Shown in pieces: positions 11,772 through 20,392 of a DNA stretch of 64,000 bases (its first letter is position 1; every line of letters starts with the position of its first letter). The notes below the pieces were generated by a model. The model saw only the letters and a list, made by a program, of their open reading frames with translations, did not search any database and was not told where the DNA came from. The position numbers and the translations under genes were made by a program. The stretch is from an uncultured Eubacteriales bacterium (lineage in GTDB: Bacteria > Bacillota > Clostridia > Oscillospirales > Acutalibacteraceae), in the NCBI GenBank assembly GCA_964390295.1, contig CAYMHR010000003.1, positions 27,514 to 91,513 on the forward strand, in the 5' to 3' direction.

Positions 11772-11783
11772 GGGGCGATACGT

Positions 11784-14126
11784 ATGAAAAAGAACGACGT
11801 TTTACAAACCGAATATATCGCTCGGCACGTGGCTTCCGCTCTGCCGGAGAACGAGCAGTCCACCACGACGGAATTTCCGTCCCTGTCGGATAAACCGGTC
11901 GGAACGGACAACCTGATTTTTTCGTCGTACGAAGCGGAAGAATCGGTCGCGGACAAGAAAAAGCGGGGGCTGTTCGGCTGGTTCGGTAAAAAGCGCACCC
12001 ACGCCGCGCCGCTGTTGGAGGAAGAACCGGCGTCGGACGACGACACCGTGGTCGTTGCACCGGAGGAAATGGAGCCGGTGCCGGACGATACGCAGGAAAT
12101 CCTTCTGCACGACCGTCCGCTGGAAAAAACGCAGGTGATCGACTTGGCCGACGAGGGAGGTAGCCATTTGGCGACCGAAGAAGCTACGCAGCTGATGCTG
12201 GACGGCTTTTCCGATGAATCCGCTCAGGTGGAACCGGAGCCCAGCCCCGAAGAAACGCTGAACCGCGTTCGCCAGGAAAAAATTCAGGAATTTTCGCATC
12301 GCCGTGAACAGCACGAGCGTGAGCTGGAGCAACGGGAAGCCAAGCAAGCGGAAGCGGCCGCGGCCGAATCCGTGCCGGAAGAAACGGACGAAAGCGAGGA
12401 GCCGGAGCAGGAAACCTGGGAAGCCGTTCCGCTGGTTGAGGTGCGTCAGCAATTATTGGCACAGCACCGTCGTTCCGGTATCACCCTGCTGATTAGCCTG
12501 ATCGTCGAGTTGATCTTGTTCTTTATCGCATGGCTGTCTGCTTCCGAACCTACCTTGGCCATGGAGCCGACTTCGTATTTGGTTTTGCAAACCGTGCTGT
12601 TTGTGATCCTGATGCTTGCTTGCGGCACGCAGATCAAAAACGGGTTTGCTTCTCTGTTTCGCCGTCGTCAGATCACGACGGAGGGAACGGTGGCCATTCT
12701 TTCCTGCCTGACGGTACTTCACACTTTGTTGCAGGCGCTGAACACCACCGGCGTGTCCGACGGTACCGCACCGATCTTAACCGGCGTTGCCGGATTAAGC
12801 CTGCTTGCCTTGCAGTTGACTCACCGTTTAGAGATCAATCGGGCCGGCAACGATTTGAATTTGATGATCGCCTCCGGCGAAAAGCTGGCGGCAAAGCGTA
12901 TTGATAACGACGCACTTGCCGAAGAGATTGGCCGTCCGGCGGTTGCCATCGGCGTTCCGCGCGTGGCGTATTTCCGCCGCACGGAGCAGGCGGAAAACTA
13001 TATTGCCGATTCTCGCACGCATGATCCGGCCTCCGCGTTCCTGCGCTGGTATTTCCCCGTGGCCGTCGGTGTCTCGTTCGTGGCGTCGATCGTTTATCTG
13101 ATTCTCAACGGCTTGACCTCCGGGCAAATGGCGTTTTCCGTGTTTTGCGGTATGCTGATGATGGCAACGCCCGTTCCGTTGCTGATTACGCTGTATGCGT
13201 CGCTGTCCGTCGTCAGCCGCAAATCGCGCGAGCAGGGGACGGCGATTGCCGGGTATCGTGCCGTGGAAAGCTTCGGTAACATGCACGCAGTGGCACTGGA
13301 TTCTACCGAGCTGTTCCCGGAGCATTGTGTTCAGTTGCACGGTATCAAAACGTTTTCCGGCACGCGGATCGACGAAGCGATTCTGGATGCGGCCTCGGTC
13401 TCCATTCGTGCCGGTGGGCCGCTGGCGGGTATTTTCCGTCGGATGATCCTCGGCAAGCTGGATATGCTGCACGAGGTCGATACGCTGGTGTACGAGCAGG
13501 ATATGGGCCTGTCCGGCTGGATTAGCGGTCGGCGCATCCTGATTGGCAATCGACGCTTGCTGGATAACCACGGCATTGATATTCCGTCGCGCGACTACGA
13601 GGAGCGTTATGCCAAAAACGGTCGCCAACTGGTCTATTTGTCCATCGCAGGCGAGCTGTCCGCCATGTTTGTGGTCAGCTATCTGCCCGATCCGCAGGTC
13701 AGCCGCGTGTTGCGCTCTCTGACCAAACAACACGTTACCCTGCTGATTCGTACCTGCGATCAAAACGTGACCGAGGAACTGGTCACTTCGGTATTTGGTC
13801 TGAACGGTTTTTATGTCGAGCTGTTAAACGCGCCTGCCGGCCGCTCCTTTGAGACGTTGGTCAGTGGTGTCACGCCTGCCGAACCGGCACAGGTCGTTTC
13901 GCGCAAGGGCTCCTTGGGAATGTTGACAGCGTTGTCGCGGTGCCGCCGTTTGTATTCCGGCATCCGATTCTTCGGCATTTTGCAAGCGGTGGTTGCCGTG
14001 TTGGGGTTGACATTGGCGGCTGTTGCTGCATTTTCGGGAGCGGCGTTGTATCCGGCATTGTCCACGATGGGCTTTTTGGTGGCTTCCGCGTTGGTTTCTG
14101 CCGTGCTCGGACGCCTATTCGCCTGA
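11784..14126 (+). CDS. membrane protein homologous to P1B-type ATPases, with degenerate catalytic motifs and a ~230-aa acidic N-terminal extension
   Basis: By eye it aligns with the CopA-type core (MMATP...GTAIAGYRAVESFGNMHAVALDSTELF). DKTGT is DSTEL (13299-13313), TGDN is TCDQN (13752-13766), and GDGxNDxP is VELLNAPAG (13815-). Confidence 0.7.
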   Translation: MKKNDVLQTEYIARHVASALPENEQSTTTEFPSLSDKPVGTDNLIFSSYEAEESVADKKKRGLFGWFGKKRTHAAPLLEEEPASDDDTVVVAPEEMEPVPDDTQEILLHDRPLEKTQVIDLADEGGSHLATEEATQLMLDGFSDESAQVEPEPSPEETLNRVRQEKIQEFSHRREQHERELEQREAKQAEAAAAESVPEETDESEEPEQETWEAVPLVEVRQQLLAQHRRSGITLLISLIVELILFFIAWLSASEPTLAMEPTSYLVLQTVLFVILMLACGTQIKNGFASLFRRRQITTEGTVAILSCLTVLHTLLQALNTTGVSDGTAPILTGVAGLSLLALQLTHRLEINRAGNDLNLMIASGEKLAAKRIDNDALAEEIGRPAVAIGVPRVAYFRRTEQAENYIADSRTHDPASAFLRWYFPVAVGVSFVASIVYLILNGLTSGQMAFSVFCGMLMMATPVPLLITLYASLSVVSRKSREQGTAIAGYRAVESFGNMHAVALDSTELFPEHCVQLHGIKTFSGTRIDEAILDAASVSIRAGGPLAGIFRRMILGKLDMLHEVDTLVYEQDMGLSGWISGRRILIGNRRLLDNHGIDIPSRDYEERYAKNGRQLVYLSIAGELSAMFVVSYLPDPQVSRVLRSLTKQHVTLLIRTCDQNVTEELVTSVFGLNGFYVELLNAPAGRSFETLVSGVTPAEPAQVVSRKGSLGMLTALSRCRRLYSGIRFFGILQAVVAVLGLTLAAVAAFSGAALYPALSTMGFLVASALVSAVLGRLFA

Positions 14127-14148
14127 TTTTCCGTATAGTTTCACAAAA

Positions 14149-14186
14149 ATTACCTTCTGTTTTTGTGCAGAGGGTAATTTTTTTAT
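14149..14186 (+). terminator. intrinsic terminator after the ATPase-like gene
   Basis: ATTACCTTCTG / CAGAGGGTAAT stem (one G-U pair) followed by T7. Confidence 0.8.
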
Positions 14187-14204
14187 TTTCTCTGCGATTT
14201 ATAG

Positions 14205-14233
14205 TTGAAATTTCCAAACGCATAGGTTATAAT
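14205..14233 (+). promoter_or_regulatory. sigma-A type promoter for the EF-G paralogue
   Basis: TTGAAA, 17 nt spacer, TATAAT. Confidence 0.65.
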
Positions 14234-14329
14234 GGACAAAGAACAATCTTGCACTTAAAAGAATTTGTGCATATTTTTCAAAATCGGAACGGTAGCGGTC
14301 GATGACGGCGCCGGAAAGGGGAGTCCTTT

Positions 14330-16399
14330 GTGAAACAGTACAATGCCAAGCACATTCGTAACGTCGCGCTTGTCGGCCATGCCGGCACGGGTAAAACGTC
14401 GTTGGCGGAAGCCGCCGCCTATCTTACCGGACTGACCGATCGGTTGGGCAAGGTTGCCGATGGTAACACCGTGTGCGACTATGATCCGGAAGAAATCAAG
14501 CGTGGCGCATCGGTGTCGTTGTCCCTGCTTCCCGTGGAGTGGAAGGATACCAAGCTCAACCTGCTGGATACGCCCGGCTCGTTCGATTTTTCCGGCGGCA
14601 TGAGCGAAGGAATCCGCGCGGCGGGCAGTGCCGTGATCGTCATATCGGGTAAGAGCGGCGTAACGGTCGGTGCCCAAAAAGCACGCGCCGCCGCCAAGAA
14701 AAAGGGCATCGCCCAACTGCTGTTCGTCAACAAGCTGGACAGCGAGCACGCCGATTTTTACCGCGTTTTTGAGGAGCTGAAAACGGTGTTCGGTCCGGCA
14801 GTGTGCCCGATCGTGGTGCCGTACGTAGTGGATCACAAGGTACAGTGCTACGTCAACCTGCTGGAGTATAAGGCATACACGTATTGCGACGGCAAGGCGA
14901 CCGAATGTCCCATTCCCGATATGGGGCACCGCTTGGAGGGCTTGCGTACCGCCATTTGCGAAGCGGTTGCCGAAACCAGCGAGGAACTGATGGAAAAGTA
15001 TTTCTCCGGCATCGATTTTACGCCGGACGAATTGATCCTCGGCTTGGCAACCGGTGTTCGCCGCGGTGAAATTCTGCCTGTGTATTGCGGTGCTTCGCAA
15101 ACCATGGCCGGCGTCGATCAACTGTTGAACGGCTTGATTTGGCTGGCACCGTGGGCGGAAACCGTCGCCGGTGAGATTGGTGTCGATGCCAACGGTGATC
15201 CCGTGGAGCTGAAGGTCAACGAACAGGCGCAGACGGTTGCCACCGTGTTCAAAACCGTGGTAGACCCCTTCGTCGGTAAGCTGGTGTATTTTAAGGTGAT
15301 CAGCGGCGTTATTACGCCGGATTCTCTGTTGATGAATATGCGTACCGGGGCTTCCGAAAAGCTCGGAAAGTTGTTTATGGTGCGCGGCAAGAAGCAGGAG
15401 GAGGTCGCCTGCGTACCGGCCGGCGATATCGGTGCCGTTGCCAAGCTGGCCTCTGCCAACACCGGTGATACGTTGTGTTCCCCGGCACGCCCCGTGGTGT
15501 TGCCCGGCGTAACGTACGAAGCACCGTCGCTGTCCATGGCGGTTTACGCCAAAAACAAGGGCGACGAGGAAAAAATCGTTTCCGGCTTAAACCGCTTGCG
15601 CGAAGAGGACCCCACGATTTCCTTGACACTCAACGCCGAAACCAAGGAACAGGTCCTTTCCGGCTTAGGCGAACAGCATTTGGAGGTAGTCGTCTCCAAA
15701 TTAAAGAGCAAGTTCGGCGTCGACGTTGTTTTGCAAAGCCCGAAGGTCGCCTACCGCGAAACGATTCGCGGCAAGGTCAAGGTGCAGGGCCGCCATAAGA
15801 AGCAGTCGGGCGGTCACGGCCAGTTCGGTGACGTTTGGGTTGAATTCGAGCCGTGCGACAGCGAAGAGCTGGTCTTTGCGGAGACCGTGTTCGGCGGTTC
15901 CGTGCCGAAAAACTATTTCCCCGCCGTGGAAAAAGGCTTGCGTGACAGCGCCCAGCACGGCGTGCTGGCAGGTTTTCCGCTGGTCGGCGTAAAGGCCACC
16001 TTGGTGGACGGCTCTTATCATCCCGTCGATTCGTCCGAAATGGCGTTTAAGACGGCGGCTTCGTTGGCGTATAAGGCCGGTATCGCTCAGGCATCTCCGG
16101 TGTTGCTGGAGCCGATCGGATTGCTGAACGCCTTCGTGCCGAACGATAACACCGGCGACGTGATGGGCGACGTTACCAAGCGTCGCGGTCGTGTGATCGG
16201 TATGGAGCCGGCGGCTGACCCCGGCATGACCGGCATCACCGCCGAGGTTCCCATGGCGGAAATGAGCGATTACTCCAGCATGCTGCGCTCGACCACGCAG
16301 GGACGCGGATATTTTACGCTGGAATTTGCCCGGTATGAGGAGGCTCCGGCGGCGGTTGCGCAAAAGGTGATTGAAGAAAATAAAGTGGAAGAGGAATAA
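14330..16399 (+). CDS. elongation factor G family GTPase (EF-G paralogue outside the str operon)
   Basis: G1 motif VGHAGTGKTS, DTPG, NKLD, and EF-G domains II-V by similarity. GTG start 6 nt after AAAGGGGAG. Confidence 0.88.
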   Translation: MKQYNAKHIRNVALVGHAGTGKTSLAEAAAYLTGLTDRLGKVADGNTVCDYDPEEIKRGASVSLSLLPVEWKDTKLNLLDTPGSFDFSGGMSEGIRAAGSAVIVISGKSGVTVGAQKARAAAKKKGIAQLLFVNKLDSEHADFYRVFEELKTVFGPAVCPIVVPYVVDHKVQCYVNLLEYKAYTYCDGKATECPIPDMGHRLEGLRTAICEAVAETSEELMEKYFSGIDFTPDELILGLATGVRRGEILPVYCGASQTMAGVDQLLNGLIWLAPWAETVAGEIGVDANGDPVELKVNEQAQTVATVFKTVVDPFVGKLVYFKVISGVITPDSLLMNMRTGASEKLGKLFMVRGKKQEEVACVPAGDIGAVAKLASANTGDTLCSPARPVVLPGVTYEAPSLSMAVYAKNKGDEEKIVSGLNRLREEDPTISLTLNAETKEQVLSGLGEQHLEVVVSKLKSKFGVDVVLQSPKVAYRETIRGKVKVQGRHKKQSGGHGQFGDVWVEFEPCDSEELVFAETVFGGSVPKNYFPAVEKGLRDSAQHGVLAGFPLVGVKATLVDGSYHPVDSSEMAFKTAASLAYKAGIAQASPVLLEPIGLLNAFVPNDNTGDVMGDVTKRRGRVIGMEPAADPGMTGITAEVPMAEMSDYSSMLRSTTQGRGYFTLEFARYEEAPAAVAQKVIEENKVEEE

Positions 16400-16409
16400 T
16401 TCCGGCAAG

Positions 16410-16437
16410 CAGGCGGTAAAAAATACCGCCTGTTTTG
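16410..16437 (+). terminator. intrinsic terminator
   Basis: CAGGCGGTA-AAAAA-TACCGCCTG followed by TTTT. Confidence 0.8.
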
Positions 16438-16457
16438 CGATTTCTGTGAAATTCTAC

Positions 16458-16486
16458 TTGCAAATGCGGCCAATATGAGGTAGAAT
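16458..16486 (+). promoter_or_regulatory. sigma-A type promoter for efp
   Basis: TTGCAA, 17 nt spacer, TAGAAT. Confidence 0.6.
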
Positions 16487-16518
16487 AAGAACAGCAACAG
16501 TAAACGGAGGATTGCAAA

Positions 16519-17076
16519 ATGGTATCAGCAGGTGATTTCAGAAACGGCGTTACCTTTGAAATGGATGGTAACGTCTATCAAATCGTAGAATTTCAGCACG
16601 TCAAGCCCGGCAAGGGCGCCGCGTTCGTCCGCACCAAAATCCGCAACGTGATTGCCGGTACGGTGGTGGAGCGCACGTTCAACCCCAACGATAAGTACCC
16701 GACGGCGTACGTCGAAAGAAAGGAAATGGAGTATTCCTATAACGACGGCGACCTCTATTACTTCATGGATCAGGAAACCTACGAGCTGGTTCCGATCGGT
16801 AAGGATACCTTGTCCGACAACTTCAAGTTCGTGAAGGAAAACATGATCTGCCGCGTTTTGTCCTACAAGGGCAACGTTTTCGGCGTAGAACCGCCGAACT
16901 TCGTTGAATTGCAGGTTACTCAGACCGATCCCGGCTTCAAGGGCGATACGGCCACCAACGCCACCAAGCCCGCTACGCTGGAGACCGGCGCGGAAATCCG
17001 CGTACCGTTGTTTATCGATGAAGGCGAAATGATCCGCGTCGATACCCGTACCGGCGAATACATGGAGCGTGCGTAA
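16519..17076 (+). CDS. efp: elongation factor P
   Basis: [37 protein letters not shown]. The product is 185 aa. Confidence 0.96.
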   Translation: MVSAGDFRNGVTFEMDGNVYQIVEFQHVKPGKGAAFVRTKIRNVIAGTVVERTFNPNDKYPTAYVERKEMEYSYNDGDLYYFMDQETYELVPIGKDTLSDNFKFVKENMICRVLSYKGNVFGVEPPNFVELQVTQTDPGFKGDTATNATKPATLETGAEIRVPLFIDEGEMIRVDTRTGEYMERA

Positions 17077-17125
17077 GCACTTCGGCTCCACCGTTATATT
17101 ACTGTCAGATGAAGGAGGAAATATC

Positions 17126-17560
17126 ATGACGATTACGGAAAAGGTTGCCTATCTCAAGGGCCTGATCGAAGGCATGGAGATTGACGAGGCAAGCAAGGAA
17201 GGCAAGATTTTGAAGGCGATCATGGACGTTCTGTCCGATGCCGCTTTGAGCCTGGAGGATTTGGAAGCGACCGTTCAGGAAATGGGCGAGCAGGTCGATA
17301 CCATCGACGAGGACCTGGATACGCTGGAAACCGATTATTACGACGACTACGATGAGTGCGACGACGACTGCGATTGCGGTTGCTGCGACGACGAATTTTA
17401 CGACGTGACTTGCCCGCATTGCGAGGGCGAATTCTCCGTTGACGAGGATACGCTTCTCGACGGCGGCGTAGACTGTCCGCTGTGCGGCGAGCATTTGGAG
17501 TTCGACATCGAAGAGTGCGACGACTGCGATTGCGGTTGCTGTGACGATTGCGACGAATAA
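17126..17560 (+). CDS. small acidic Cys-rich zinc-ribbon protein of unknown function
   Basis: ATG after GAAGGAGG. A CPHC...CPLC ribbon is flanked by two CDDxCDCGCCDD blocks, with a helical N-terminal half. It is followed by a strong terminator. Confidence 0.75.
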   Translation: MTITEKVAYLKGLIEGMEIDEASKEGKILKAIMDVLSDAALSLEDLEATVQEMGEQVDTIDEDLDTLETDYYDDYDECDDDCDCGCCDDEFYDVTCPHCEGEFSVDEDTLLDGGVDCPLCGEHLEFDIEECDDCDCGCCDDCDE

Positions 17561-17600
17561 GTCGGCTTCGCAAGCTTCAACTCATAGACTATCGTTATCC

Positions 17601-17636
17601 ATCGACCGCAGTCTTTCGGACTGCGGTCGATTTTTG
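17601..17636 (+). terminator. intrinsic terminator
   Basis: ATCGACCGCAGTC-TTTCG-GACTGCGGTCGAT followed by TTTT. Confidence 0.88.
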
Positions 17637-17657
17637 TCACCACTTTTGTGACGAACG

Positions 17658-18191
17658 TCACGTGGCGCGTAAAGCGACGTAGCGGATACCATTGGCGGCG
17701 GCAAAGCAGGCGTTGGATACTTCGATCAACGCATTGGTCGTGCAGTCCAGTTCTTCGTTTTGCAGATGACGTTGCTCCAGAGCTTGTAGGCGGCGTAGGA
17801 GAGCGTCGGACCGTGGATAGGCGGAAAACGAAGCAAACGCCAGACTTAAAAGCTGACATTCGGTGATGACCGCGGTGAGGAACGGAAGGTCGGCATCCTC
17901 TGAAGCTTGTCTGCGGGAACGAATCAGACCGAGTACAACGTCCTCGGCAGCGCGTGTTACCGCCTCGGCAAGCTGGCGCAGGAGCCACAGGTCTTCGCGG
18001 TCGATCGGCGTGATAAAGGCGTCTTGAAGCTCGGAAAAAGTGGCTTGCATCGCGATGGCCGCCGTTTGTCGGCGGCGATGGATCGGTCGTTGATTTTCGT
18101 CGGACAATCGTTGTCGCCGGCGCAGAAGCTCCAGCGTTTTTACCGCCTGTTCGATACTGCGCTCACATTGCTCATAAATAGAATACGTCAT
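17658..18191 (-). CDS. DUF47/PhoU-like family protein (putative)
   Basis: The FITPIDREDLWLL motif resembles the DUF47 FITPFDREDI signature, and the protein looks all-helical. ATG at 18191, 8 nt after GGGAGG. Confidence 0.5.
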   Translation of the reverse strand: MTYSIYEQCERSIEQAVKTLELLRRRQRLSDENQRPIHRRRQTAAIAMQATFSELQDAFITPIDREDLWLLRQLAEAVTRAAEDVVLGLIRSRRQASEDADLPFLTAVITECQLLSLAFASFSAYPRSDALLRRLQALEQRHLQNEELDCTTNALIEVSNACFAAANGIRYVALRAT

Positions 18192-18197
18192 GGCTAC

Positions 18198-18229
18198 GAC
18201 CTCCCGATAGTAAGGTATATCGGGAGGTC
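18198..18229. promoter_or_regulatory. perfect 12-bp inverted repeat covering the SD of the DUF47-like gene
   Basis: GACCTCCCGATA-8 nt-TATCGGGAGGTC. On the + strand it is followed by G+T6. Confidence 0.5.
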
Positions 18230-18382
18230 GTTTTTTATGACAAGTGCATCGGACGAGCATAGAATGGTAGTGTGGACTCAAAAACGGATCACGGGGATTG
18301 ATGCCGTGCTTTTCGGGGCATACTACGGTTGCACGGTTTTGAGTGCTACTTTTACACATAAGCAAAGGGGAAAAGGAACGGT

Positions 18383-18754
18383 ATGCAAAGTGTTCGTCGC
18401 GGTGATATTTACTATGCCGATCTCAGCCCGGTCGTCGGCTCGGAGCAGGGCGGCGTGCGGCCGGTGCTGATCGTCCAAAATGACGTCGGTAATCGCTTCA
18501 GTCCCACGGTGATTGCCGCCGCGATTACCAGCCAAAAGGATAAGGCGCGGTTGCCGACTCATATTCCGGTGAATTCCGCGGACAGTGGATTAAGCCGGGA
18601 TTCGGTAGTGCTTTTGGAACAGATTCGCACCATCGATAAACGGAGATTAAAGGAACACATGGGGCGCCTGAATGAGTTTTCCATGAACCGCATCGATCAG
18701 GCCTTGCAAATCAGCTTCGGCTTGGGAATGGACTTGTCACAGCGTACCACGTAA
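18383..18754 (+). CDS. mazF: MazF/EndoA (PemK family) type II toxin endoribonuclease
   Basis: [46 protein letters not shown]...LPTH...[16 protein letters not shown] closely matches the Bacillus EndoA pattern. Confidence 0.92.
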   Translation: MQSVRRGDIYYADLSPVVGSEQGGVRPVLIVQNDVGNRFSPTVIAAAITSQKDKARLPTHIPVNSADSGLSRDSVVLLEQIRTIDKRRLKEHMGRLNEFSMNRIDQALQISFGLGMDLSQRTT

Positions 18755-18755
18755 A

Positions 18756-18802
18756 GAGCATCCGTCACCGCGATCTCGGCGGCGACGGATGCTCTGCTTT
18801 TC
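18756..18802 (+). terminator. intrinsic terminator after mazF
   Basis: GAGCATCCGTC ... GACGGATGCTC stem followed by TGCTTTTC. Confidence 0.7.
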
Positions 18803-18895
18803 AGCATTACCAAAAAACGCGGCTGATAACTGTGTATATTTAACAAAAACAAAAATGTTTATTAAAAAAATGTTGGAATAAATTATATAAATCTC

Positions 18896-18924
18896 TTGAC
18901 GGGTGCCTGCAAAATTGTTAAAAT
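18896..18924 (+). promoter_or_regulatory. sigma-A promoter of the glgCDA operon
   Basis: TTGACG, 17 nt spacer, TAAAAT with TGT extended -10, set in an AT-rich tract. Confidence 0.7.
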
Positions 18925-19173
18925 ATGGGTGAGAGATTTTACGTTTCATTGTGCCGCGCATTACTAGGTGGCCGGGCGGTGGTGTTTTCGGCGGGTTGCC
19001 GTCATAAAATGCACGCGGCGGACATAGTATGTTCAACGGGACACAATCGGCATCGCAAAGGTGCTGTCGGTGCTTTGCACGGCGGTGGGCGGACAAGCTA
19101 CCGGCTTCGGGCGGAGCACAGAGGGGCGGCGGTTGTCGCAAACAAATGATCATCCAAAAGGAGGCTTCGCACA
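18925..19173 (+). promoter_or_regulatory. ~250-nt GC-rich 5' leader of glgC (possible structured regulatory RNA)
   Basis: Long untranslated gap between the promoter and the glgC ATG. A long-range stem pairs GCCGCGCAT (18953-18961) with ATGCACGCGGC (19009-19019), and there are several local hairpins. Confidence 0.35.
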
Positions 19174-20391
19174 ATGTTTCGTAAGCAAGAATGTGTTGCC
19201 ATGCTGTTGGCAGGAGGACAGGGGAGTCGGCTGTACGCTTTGACCAAAGCGGTTGCCAAGCCGGCGGTTCCCTACGGGGGCAAGTATCGTATCATCGATT
19301 TTCCCCTCTCCAACTGCGTCAATTCGGGTATCGAGACCGTGGGCGTTTTAACACAATATCAGCCGCTGGAATTGAGCGATTATATCGGCTCCGGCCAGCC
19401 GTGGGATTTGGATCGCATGGATGCCGGTGTGCACCTGTTGCCGCCGTATCAGCGCAATAAGGGCGCCGACTGGTACAAGGGCACGGCGAACGCCATCTAT
19501 CAAAACATGGTCTTTATCGAGCGGTACGATCCCGAATACGTGCTGGTGCTGTCCGGCGACCATATTTATAAGATGGATTATGCCAAAATGATTGCCGAGC
19601 ACAAAAAGAACGAAGCGGATTGTACGATCGCCGTCATCGAGGTGGAAATGTCCGAAGCCAGCCGCTTCGGTATTCTGAATACCAATCCGGACGGTTCGAT
19701 TTACGAATTTGACGAAAAGCCGGCCGTCCCGAAAAGCAATCTGGCTTCCATGGGTATTTACGTGTTCAACTGGAAAAAGCTGAAGAAATATCTGGAGGCC
19801 GACGAGGAAGACCCCACCTCACAAAACGATTTTGGAAAAAACGTGCTTCCCGCCATGCTGAATGCCGGCGAGCGGATGTTTGCCTATCGTTTTGAGGGAT
19901 ATTGGAAGGACGTCGGAACGATCGACAGCTTGTGGGAAGCCAACATGGATTTGCTGAACCCCAAGGTGCCGCTGGATTTGTCCGACGACACGTGGCGCAT
20001 TTATTCCCGAACACCCGGCCTGCCGCCGCATTATATCGGTGAGACCGCTAAGGTGCAAAACAGCATGATTACCGAAGGCTGTAACGTTCACGGCTCGCTG
20101 GAATCTTCTCTGATTTTTGCCGGCGTCACCGTGGAAGAGGGCGCCGTGGTACGCGACTCCATCGTGATGCCGGGAGTCGTCGTGAAGAAGGATGCCGTGG
20201 TGCAATACGCCATCATTGCGGAAAACGCCGTGATCGGTGAGGGAGCCGTGGTCGGCGAGCTTCCGGAGGAAGTGGACGAGCTGGAAAATTGGGGCGTTGC
20301 CGTGGTGGCCGCCGGTATTTCCGTGGGGGACGGTTGCCATGTTCCCGCCAAAGCCATGATCGACAGTCCCGTAGTAAAGGAGGAAGCGTAA
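19174..20391 (+). CDS. glgC: glucose-1-phosphate adenylyltransferase
   Basis: [42 protein letters not shown] plus a C-terminal LbH domain. Confidence 0.95.
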   Translation: MFRKQECVAMLLAGGQGSRLYALTKAVAKPAVPYGGKYRIIDFPLSNCVNSGIETVGVLTQYQPLELSDYIGSGQPWDLDRMDAGVHLLPPYQRNKGADWYKGTANAIYQNMVFIERYDPEYVLVLSGDHIYKMDYAKMIAEHKKNEADCTIAVIEVEMSEASRFGILNTNPDGSIYEFDEKPAVPKSNLASMGIYVFNWKKLKKYLEADEEDPTSQNDFGKNVLPAMLNAGERMFAYRFEGYWKDVGTIDSLWEANMDLLNPKVPLDLSDDTWRIYSRTPGLPPHYIGETAKVQNSMITEGCNVHGSLESSLIFAGVTVEEGAVVRDSIVMPGVVVKKDAVVQYAIIAENAVIGEGAVVGELPEEVDELENWGVAVVAAGISVGDGCHVPAKAMIDSPVVKEEA

Positions 20392-20392
20392 G

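Noticed and set aside
18237-18470. 78-aa + strand ORF upstream of and overlapping mazF, considered as a candidate antitoxin.
   Set aside because: It has no SD, overlaps mazF by 88 nt out of frame, and its Cys/Arg-rich sequence bears no resemblance to MazE/AbrB or RHH antitoxins.
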